NCBI GenBank assembly: GCA_964543385.1
Contig: CAZIYE010000002.1
Coordinates: 96,715 to 128,714, forward strand
Reading direction: 5' to 3'
Source: an uncultured Candidatus Saccharibacteria bacterium
GTDB lineage: Bacteria; Patescibacteriota; UBA1384; XYA2-FULL-43-10; 1-14-0-10-43-13
DNA length: 32,000 nucleotides
Below the pieces are notes generated by a model. The model was not told the DNA's origin. It ran no database searches and saw only the letters and a program-made list of their open reading frames with translations. Below, piece by piece: positions 24,568 through 32,000 of the stretch (positions are counted from its first letter, which is position 1; every line of letters starts with the position of its first letter). A program made the position numbers and the translations under genes.

Positions 24568-27500
24568 ATGGACGAAGAACAAGATACAATCAATGAGAAC
24601 GTTTCAGAAGAAATGGATGAAGTTGCAGAAAATCAACAGACCAATTTACCTGATGAACAGGTAATAGATAGAGAGGCAGATGGTTCTAGCTCTAGCTCCC
24701 CATTTCAGAAGCTTGACTCTATGAGTGATAAGTCAATTACTGAGGACGTCTATGATCCTCTGATTGGTTTTATGAAGCCACGTGAATTGGTGACTGAGAT
24801 GGAGACATCTTATCTTGATTACGCTATGAGCGTGATTGTTTCTCGTGCTTTGCCTGATGTTCGTGATGGCTTAAAACCGGTTCATCGCCGTGTTCTATAT
24901 GCCATGTATGAGACAGGACTTCGTCATAATGTTAAATATAGAAAATCCGCTAAAGTTGTTGGTGAAGTTATGGGTAACTATCACCCTCACGGTGATACTG
25001 CTATATATGACACACTTGTCCGCTTGGCGCAGGACTTTTCCATGCGCTATCCAATGGTAGATGGGCAAGGAAACTTTGGTTCAATGGATGGTGACTCTGC
25101 TGCTGCTATGCGTTATACAGAGTGCCGGATGTCATCAATTGCCGAAGAAATGCTTATAGACATCGATAAAGATACTGTCAATTGGGCCGATAACTACGAT
25201 GGCTCGACCCAAGAACCAGTTGTTCTACCGGCCAGGGTTCCAAATTTACTTTTGAATGGTACTGTTGGTATCGCTGTCGGTATGGCAACAAACATCCCAC
25301 CTCATAATCTAAATGAGCTTTGTGATGGTGTTATTGAGTTGATTGACAATCCTGAGGCGACAGTTGATGACTTGATGAAGCATGTTAAAGGCCCTGACTT
25401 TCCGACCGGTGGTATTATCTATAATATTGAAGACATCAAGATGGCTTATGCAACCGGTAAGGGTCGCATAATGATGAGGGCTAAAGCTGATATTGAAGAG
25501 ACTAAGCGCGGCTTTCGTATTGTTGTCAACGAAATACCCTATCAAGTCAACAAATCAACATTAATAGAAAAAATTGCTGATCTAGTTAAAGAGAAAAAGA
25601 TCGAGGGCATCTCTGATCTTCGCGATGAGTCAGATCGTAATGGCGTTCGTGTTGTGATCGAGTTAAAAAGCAGTGCATACCCAAAGAAAATATTAAACCG
25701 TTTGTTTGAATTGACTCCGCTACAAACAGCATTTCATGTAAATATGCTAGCTCTTACTCCTGATCTAGAGCCAGTTGTTATGACTCTTAAAGATGTTTTT
25801 GGTCACTATATCGATCATCGTAAAATTGTGATCGAACGTCGTACTAAGTATGAACTTCGAAAAGCAGAAGATAGGGCTCATATTCTTGAAGGATTACGCA
25901 TTGCTCTTGACCATATTGATGAGGTTATTAATACTATTAGAGCCTCGGCTAATCGTGATGAGGCAAAGAAGAATTTAATAGCTAAATTTAGCCTCTCTGA
26001 ACGGCAGGCTGATGCGATTCTTGACATGCGTTTGTCTGCTTTGGCTGCTCTTGAACGCAAGAAGATTGAGGACGAATATAATGAACTGATTGCTCGCATT
26101 GCCTATCTTAAAGACCTGTTGGAGCATCCAGAGAAAATACTTGGGTTAATCAAAGATGATCTCAAATATGTTACTGAAAAATATGGTGATAAACGTCGCA
26201 CTGAGATTGTTCCCCATGCTCTTGGCCAGTTCAAGGCAGAAGATTTAATTCCTGATGAACAAGTAATAGTATCACTCAGTAGAAGTAATTATATTAAACG
26301 TCAGGAAATTGATACATATCGTCGTCAAATTAGAGGTGGTGTAGGTATTGTAGGGATGACCACCAAAGAAGAGGATATTGTGGATCATTTGGTCTGTGCT
26401 AGAACTCATGATGATATCTACTTCTTTACTAACAAAGGCCGTATTTTTGCTAGCAAAGTCTATGAATTGCCGGCAACCTCTCGCCAATCAAAAGGCACAC
26501 CAGTAGTAAATATTATTCAGATCAGCCAAGACGAAAAAGTGACTGCAATACTTACTGTAGCCAAAACCCATAAAGACAGCCTAAAATACTTTATTATGGG
26601 TACCGTTCAGGGACAAATCAAGAAGACTGAGATTGAAAAGTATGAAAATATAAGAAAAACCGGAATTATAGCAATTGGCCTTAAGGGCAAAGATGAATTA
26701 AAATGGGTAAAAATATCCTCGGGTAACGATGTTATTGTTGAAGTATCAGAAAAAGGTCAGGCGATCTGTTACCAAGAGGGTGACGTCAGACCAATGGGTA
26801 GAAGTGCTTCTGGCGTTACTGGAGTTAGACTTCGAAGCGGTGATAAAGTTATGGCAATGGATGTTGTTCCTGGAAATGTTTGGCCGTCCGAGACAGACAA
26901 AAAAACAACAATTGAGCCGAATATGCTAATCGTTTTGGAAAATGGATTCGGCAAGAGGACCATGTTAAAACATTTTCATATCCAAAAACGCGGTGGTATG
27001 GGCATTCGGGCAGCCAGCTGCACTTCTAGAACTGGTAACGTAATAGGTATGCATATTGTATATGATGAAAATGGAGATGTTGTTTTGGCTTCACGTAAAG
27101 GGCAATTTATCAGAATGGAATTGCAGAAGATTAAAAAACTTGGCCGTGATACGCAGGGCGTAACTTTGATGAGACTTAAAGATGGTGATAAGGTTTCTTC
27201 TGTTGCTCTTATACTATCCAGTGATGCAAATGATGACCAGCCAACTATTAATTTCGACCTTCCAAGTGATCCAACCGGAGACAAGAAGGACACAGTATCT
27301 ACCTCTAAAGAAACTTCAGCCAAGTCTGCTAAAACGCCAAAAGAAAAAATTTCAGTCCATAATTATAAGGGAGTCATTGCTAATTCTGACAATGTAGTAG
27401 AGAATAAGATAAGCAAGCCCATATCTGTGGTGAACAAACCTAATTTGACCGTCAAATTCTATAATAATGGTTTATCGGTCGATAAAGCCGTAGAGCCAGG

Positions 27501-27570
27501 ACAAAAAGAAAAAATGGACAAGATGGAAAAGTCAGATGACTCCAACTATTGGGGAAATGGCTCAAAGTAG
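24568..27570 (+). CDS. gyrA: DNA gyrase subunit A
   Basis: [85 protein letters not shown]; C-terminal propeller-type repeats. Confidence 0.97.
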   Translation: MDEEQDTINENVSEEMDEVAENQQTNLPDEQVIDREADGSSSSSPFQKLDSMSDKSITEDVYDPLIGFMKPRELVTEMETSYLDYAMSVIVSRALPDVRDGLKPVHRRVLYAMYETGLRHNVKYRKSAKVVGEVMGNYHPHGDTAIYDTLVRLAQDFSMRYPMVDGQGNFGSMDGDSAAAMRYTECRMSSIAEEMLIDIDKDTVNWADNYDGSTQEPVVLPARVPNLLLNGTVGIAVGMATNIPPHNLNELCDGVIELIDNPEATVDDLMKHVKGPDFPTGGIIYNIEDIKMAYATGKGRIMMRAKADIEETKRGFRIVVNEIPYQVNKSTLIEKIADLVKEKKIEGISDLRDESDRNGVRVVIELKSSAYPKKILNRLFELTPLQTAFHVNMLALTPDLEPVVMTLKDVFGHYIDHRKIVIERRTKYELRKAEDRAHILEGLRIALDHIDEVINTIRASANRDEAKKNLIAKFSLSERQADAILDMRLSALAALERKKIEDEYNELIARIAYLKDLLEHPEKILGLIKDDLKYVTEKYGDKRRTEIVPHALGQFKAEDLIPDEQVIVSLSRSNYIKRQEIDTYRRQIRGGVGIVGMTTKEEDIVDHLVCARTHDDIYFFTNKGRIFASKVYELPATSRQSKGTPVVNIIQISQDEKVTAILTVAKTHKDSLKYFIMGTVQGQIKKTEIEKYENIRKTGIIAIGLKGKDELKWVKISSGNDVIVEVSEKGQAICYQEGDVRPMGRSASGVTGVRLRSGDKVMAMDVVPGNVWPSETDKKTTIEPNMLIVLENGFGKRTMLKHFHIQKRGGMGIRAASCTSRTGNVIGMHIVYDENGDVVLASRKGQFIRMELQKIKKLGRDTQGVTLMRLKDGDKVSSVALILSSDANDDQPTINFDLPSDPTGDKKDTVSTSKETSAKSAKTPKEKISVHNYKGVIANSDNVVENKISKPISVVNKPNLTVKFYNNGLSVDKAVEPGQKEKMDKMEKSDDSNYWGNGSK

Positions 27571-27640
27571 AGGCTAATAACATTGTCATACGACCACATA
27601 TATGGTAAGATGAATAATCATACTAATTCATACGGTTATA

Positions 27641-29419
27641 ATGGAAGAAAAAAAGAAACAAACTTTTATACCAGAGGTTATCACGGTTAAAGAATTCGCT
27701 GAAAAGCTAAATCTTCCCGTTACTGCTGTTATTACTGAGCTAATGAAAAATGGTGTCCTGGCAACGATAAATGAGACAATAGACTTTGAGACGGCATCAA
27801 TAGTCGGAGAATATCTCGGGGCAGAGGTGATTTTACAAGAAAAGGAAGAAAAATCATCAAAGAGAGTTGCATCAAAGGTTTCTACTAAAGATCTTACTCC
27901 TCGGCCTCCTGTTGTTACAATCATGGGTCATGTAGATCATGGCAAGACTACTCTATTGGATAATATTAGACGCAGTCATGTTGCTCTAGGTGAATCCGGT
28001 GGTATTACTCAACATATTTCCGCATACCAAGTTACTCTTGAGGGCACTAAAAACAAAGAATTAAAGAATAAGACCATAACTTTTATAGATACTCCGGGCC
28101 ATGCTGCTTTTTCTGCCATGAGAGAACATGGAACAGCTATCACAGATATAGTGGTTCTAATTGTCGCAGCAAATGATGGCGTTATGCCTCAAACTGCTGA
28201 AGTAATCAGACAAACAAAATTAAATAATGTGCCAGTGATTGTTGCGATCAATAAAGTTGATTTGCCAGATTCGGACATTATGAAGGTCAAGCAGCAACTG
28301 TCAGACCAAGAATTAATACCCGAAGATTGGGGTGGCAAGACCGTTATGGTCGAGATATCAGCAAAAACTGGCCAAGGTATCGACAATCTTCTGGAGATGA
28401 TATTATTACAAGCTGAAATGATGGAGTTAAAAGCAAATCCAAAAGAGGATGCTGTTGGTATAGTTATAGAATCTCATATGCAAAAAGGTGCCGGTCCAAT
28501 GGCACTTGTATTGATAGATAATGGTACATTGCATAAAGGTGACCCAATTTCTATCGGCGCATCATACGGCAAGGTTCGAATATTAGAAGATTTTGCAGGC
28601 AAACCTCTTCTCCAAGCTATCCCAAGTACACCAGTTAGAATAGCCGGACTTAAATCATTGCCAGATTTTGGTGATAGACTATTAGCTTTTAGGTCAGAAA
28701 AAGAAGCCAGAGAAAATTCTATGAAGATGGAGACTGGTAAATCTCATTTAAGGATAGCCACAGCGAAGAAAATCGGTTCAAGCGAAGACTCTAATGAAGT
28801 TAAACGAATAGAATTTAATCTAATAGTAAAAGCAGATGTTCAGGGCTCGCTCGAGGCTCTCAAATCCTCTATTGAAGAAATAAACAGTCAAGAAATAGAT
28901 TTAAAGATTGTATCGGAAGGTGTGGGCGCTATTTCTGAATCCGAAGTAACCCTAGCCAAGGCCACTTCTTCCCAAGTGGTTGGCTTTCGTGTTCAGGCTC
29001 TGGGGGCAGCTAAAAAAATTGCGGACAAAGAAGGCGTTGAAGTGAAGGCTTTTGACGTTATCTATGAGTTGCTTGATTATGTGAAGGCTGAGATGTCTGA
29101 TTTATTGCCACCAGAAATTATTGAAGAGGAGCTTGGTCATGGTAACGTTCTGGCAATATTTCGAGATGACAAAAAAGGCTTTGTTGCCGGCGGCAATATT
29201 GATAGCGGCAAAGTAACAAACGGCGATGAAATCAAGTTTCTACAAAATGATAATGAGAAATATCGTGCCAAGATTCTTTCGCTCAGACGTGAAAAAAATG
29301 AAGTCAAAGAATGCGAATCCGGATCAGAGTGTGGCTTTAGTCTCCCTGCTGGCGCAAAGATAGCAGTAGGTGATAGGTTCATAGCATTCAAAACTATCCA
29401 CAAAAAACGGACAATATAA
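27641..29419 (+). CDS. infB: Translation initiation factor IF-2 (compact)
   Basis: RPPVVTIMGHVDHGKTTLLDNIRRSHVALGESGGITQHISAYQV, FIDTPGHAAFSAMR, VPVIVAINKVDLPDSD. Confidence 0.96.
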   Translation: MEEKKKQTFIPEVITVKEFAEKLNLPVTAVITELMKNGVLATINETIDFETASIVGEYLGAEVILQEKEEKSSKRVASKVSTKDLTPRPPVVTIMGHVDHGKTTLLDNIRRSHVALGESGGITQHISAYQVTLEGTKNKELKNKTITFIDTPGHAAFSAMREHGTAITDIVVLIVAANDGVMPQTAEVIRQTKLNNVPVIVAINKVDLPDSDIMKVKQQLSDQELIPEDWGGKTVMVEISAKTGQGIDNLLEMILLQAEMMELKANPKEDAVGIVIESHMQKGAGPMALVLIDNGTLHKGDPISIGASYGKVRILEDFAGKPLLQAIPSTPVRIAGLKSLPDFGDRLLAFRSEKEARENSMKMETGKSHLRIATAKKIGSSEDSNEVKRIEFNLIVKADVQGSLEALKSSIEEINSQEIDLKIVSEGVGAISESEVTLAKATSSQVVGFRVQALGAAKKIADKEGVEVKAFDVIYELLDYVKAEMSDLLPPEIIEEELGHGNVLAIFRDDKKGFVAGGNIDSGKVTNGDEIKFLQNDNEKYRAKILSLRREKNEVKECESGSECGFSLPAGAKIAVGDRFIAFKTIHKKRTI

Positions 29420-29426
29420 ATATTCT

Positions 29427-29465
29427 AAAAAAAGCCTGTTCCAGATAGTCAAAACAGGTTTTTTT
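29427..29465 (+). terminator. Rho-independent terminator after infB
   Basis: aaaaaagcctgtt-(12 nt)-aacaggttttttt; one G-T wobble. Confidence 0.85.
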
Positions 29466-29560
29466 AATTTTTGTGGAAGAAAAGCCAATAAACATATTGC
29501 GCTAGTAAATTCCTTCCAGTAAAATGTAGAAGACAATTCATAAAATTCTTGGAGGGTGAC

Positions 29561-32000
29561 TTGGGCTCTTTTGATTCTTTTAAAAAATGGTTCCAAAATA
29601 GGGAAGAATCTACGGATTTTACTGTGAATACTGTTGATGGTTTGCTGCCAGAAGACAAGAAACAGATAGAAGAGCTAGCTCACAAAGAAGTTGATATTGA
29701 TATTCAAAAACAGAGGGTGGTTGCTCAGCTAGAGACACAAAAAGATAAACTTGAATCCCGAATCATCGCTATCCAACGTTCCACCCGTGTAGCTCTTCCA
29801 GCCTTTGCTAAAATACATAATGATCTACGCCAAAAGTACTCCTGGTACTACCGATGGCATATGAACCCATTCTCTAATGTTATCCATTGGTCTGCTATCT
29901 CCGGTTTCACATTAGGCCTTACTACCTTCATCTTCTCCTTCATCTTCTCTTTATCGGTAGCCCCAATCATGGCTGCCTCAGAACATAGCTGGGGTAGTGA
30001 AAGTGCATGGCAATCATGGACTATTGCAGAACTTTCTACTAAAGATAATGTTGGCGCAGTAACCCTTGCCAAGAAGACTACAGACAACGGACAACCGACA
30101 ATAGCTAGCAATAGTCAGTCAGCTGTCGTCAGTAGTCAGTCGTCTTACTCTCCCTCTGGTACTGCCTCTATTGTCTTTACTCCCAATAAGGAAGAAGTAG
30201 TAGACTGGTTGTCCTTTAAATCAGATGAAGTCCTAAACAGTCAAACCATTAAGAAAGAGTTCTCTACTGATGGTATTCTCTATACTGATAAACTAGAGGA
30301 TCTTGCTGACTCCAAATCTCTTCATATCAAAGTCTCTCTTTCTACAAATGATCAAAGCATCACTCCTATCCTTAACTCTATAGCTATCCAATATTCCAGA
30401 CTTCCTAACACCCCAGAAAACCTTTCTATTGGAATAGACAAAGATATCCTTAAAACAACCCAAACTCTTACCGCCAGCTCTTTCTCCGATCCTGACAATG
30501 ATCCTCACAGAGCCTCACATTGGCAGATCACTACTATCCCCGGCAACTACTCAAACCTTGTTCTCGATCAGGTCAATAATGATAATAAAGACAAAGAGTC
30601 CCTTACTAAACTAGAACTCACCAATCCTCTGAAAGATGGTACTTACTATCTAAGAGCCAGATACCAAGATTCTGCTGGAGCTTGGTCACTTTGGAGTAAA
30701 GAAACAACTATTACTATTAGCCAAGATAACAAAGACAATCCTAATCTAGTTGATAAGATCACTAAAAATACCATAGAGACCAAAGTAGTATCTCTTGGTG
30801 ATACCCAAATCCAACAAAACCCCAATGAAGATACTAATCTCAGAACTGAAACTACCAAAACCATAGATAACAAAAACAAGACTAAAACTCTAGAATCATA
30901 CTCTGGCATCATTCATTACAAAGAAGATTATACAGATCAATCAAACACATCTTGGAAAGATATTAACCCCAATCACTCTATAGATACTCCTACCTATGTC
31001 CTTTATGACCAGATGCCTTCCACTGTCAAAGTCTTCAAAGATAAAATTGGTTATGAGATAGAATCTCGTAAAACAGGTGACAAATACACCATAGAGCTAA
31101 AAGATGTAGATGGTAATCCAAAACTATCCAGAAACACTTCATCAACCCCAAACACAGTAGCTTGGGCTGATATCAATACTCCTGACATCAACCAAAAGAA
31201 ACAGCAAAACAACTTCTTCGCTAAATATCTAAATCCTAAAGCTTTAGCAGAAGACTCTCAACTCTCAACTCTAAACTCTCAACCATCCGATGGCTCTAAC
31301 CTTAAGTTTGAATTTGAGATAGGGGAATATGGAGTTAGACTTTGGAAAACAATCACAGGAGATGATGCCCCTAAGAACTTCAAATGGAACATTACCAAAA
31401 CTGAAGGCAATAAGGACACAGAAACCAATGACCTTAAATTCAGAGATAACCCTGAGGCTTTTGATGTAACAACTACTGGTGACATTATCAAAGATAACAA
31501 AGGCCAAGACAAACCAGTCCAAATAGAAGCCAAGAAAATAGATGGAGACATGAACTCTTCCTTCATCTGGCAAGAAACAGCCCCAACTACCAACATGAAG
31601 ATTGATACTGATGTAACATTAATCCCTGATTCTAATCCTGAAACAAGTACGGTTGATGGCTATATGTACTATTATGCTAATTCATATAATACTGATTTTA
31701 ATTTATTAAGAAATGCTAGCTCTACTGAGTATTTGTATGATCAGTGGGAAGGCGGAGATGCAGCAGCTATAAGTACATGGGAAGAATATGGTACTAGATA
31801 CTATAACTATTTAGCCCGTGGCATATATTTATTTAATACATCCATTGTTCCCGATGATGCCATATTCACTGCTGCTACCTTAAAACTAACTTCTGCTGGC
31901 GGTTGGTGCACTGATAGTAATAATAGTATTAATATTTATCAAGCGAGTACAGCTTCTAATACAGCCCTGTCAAGCCAAGACTTTGGTACATTTGGCAGCA
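29561..32000 (+). CDS. Very large surface/extracellular protein, >813 aa, truncated by the window edge
   Basis: Open in one frame from TTG (29561, SD ggaggg at 29551) to the window end: LGSFDSFKKWFQNREESTDFTVNTVDGLLPEDKKQIEELA...; TM GFTLGLTTFIFSFIFSLSVAPIMA; Fn3-like DGTYYLRARYQDSAGAWSLWSKE; distal VPDDAHITAATLKLTSAGG...IYQAST resembles DNRLRE-type domains. Start codon uncertain. Confidence 0.7.
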   Translation, partial: MGSFDSFKKWFQNREESTDFTVNTVDGLLPEDKKQIEELAHKEVDIDIQKQRVVAQLETQKDKLESRIIAIQRSTRVALPAFAKIHNDLRQKYSWYYRWHMNPFSNVIHWSAISGFTLGLTTFIFSFIFSLSVAPIMAASEHSWGSESAWQSWTIAELSTKDNVGAVTLAKKTTDNGQPTIASNSQSAVVSSQSSYSPSGTASIVFTPNKEEVVDWLSFKSDEVLNSQTIKKEFSTDGILYTDKLEDLADSKSLHIKVSLSTNDQSITPILNSIAIQYSRLPNTPENLSIGIDKDILKTTQTLTASSFSDPDNDPHRASHWQITTIPGNYSNLVLDQVNNDNKDKESLTKLELTNPLKDGTYYLRARYQDSAGAWSLWSKETTITISQDNKDNPNLVDKITKNTIETKVVSLGDTQIQQNPNEDTNLRTETTKTIDNKNKTKTLESYSGIIHYKEDYTDQSNTSWKDINPNHSIDTPTYVLYDQMPSTVKVFKDKIGYEIESRKTGDKYTIELKDVDGNPKLSRNTSSTPNTVAWADINTPDINQKKQQNNFFAKYLNPKALAEDSQLSTLNSQPSDGSNLKFEFEIGEYGVRLWKTITGDDAPKNFKWNITKTEGNKDTETNDLKFRDNPEAFDVTTTGDIIKDNKGQDKPVQIEAKKIDGDMNSSFIWQETAPTTNMKIDTDVTLIPDSNPETSTVDGYMYYYANSYNTDFNLLRNASSTEYLYDQWEGGDAAAISTWEEYGTRYYNYLARGIYLFNTSIVPDDAIFTAATLKLTSAGGWCTDSNNSINIYQASTASNTALSSQDFGTFGS

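Noticed and set aside
30293-31596. Minus ORFs 30293..30508, 30646..30912, 31271..31573 and 31279..31596
   Set aside because: They arise from the complement of the long open + frame starting near 29561, whose translation contains recognisable domain-like sequence.

Overview
This 32 kb window looks like a compact, AT-rich bacterial genome that uses the standard code. It has small genes, short leaders, a DUF5679-like mini-gene and compact ValRS and IF-2, so a Patescibacteria/CPR-like origin is my inference, not proven. The housekeeping part (about 14.4-29.4 kb) carries valS, a thioredoxin-like membrane protein, a sugar transferase + GT4 + bactofilin-like envelope block, gyrB, gyrA and infB. The accessory part (about 0.4-14.4 kb) contains: (i) a three-gene tandem array of KGG stress-protein paralogs, one missing from the supplied ORF track; (ii) a 7TM-type histidine kinase / NUDIX pair; (iii) a PaaK-like adenylating enzyme + ThiF/E1-like protein operon, divergent from an NAD-dependent SDR/epimerase-like gene; (iv) a 370-bp perfect direct repeat (9729-10098 and 13517-13886, offset 3788 bp) flanking a module with a Zn-ribbon protein, a Gfo/Idh/MocA oxidoreductase, a thymidylate-kinase-like protein and a NUDIX hydrolase, and leaving a truncated and a full-length copy of a RelA/SpoT-type HD-hydrolase gene. 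A short coding tail ending ...RKYL(R/K)E(E/K)CSCCGL* occurs three times in this region. The window ends inside a very large surface-type protein (from 29561) that the ORF track does not list. No tRNA, rRNA or CRISPR array was recognised. All calls are from reading the sequence; no database search or folding program was run.
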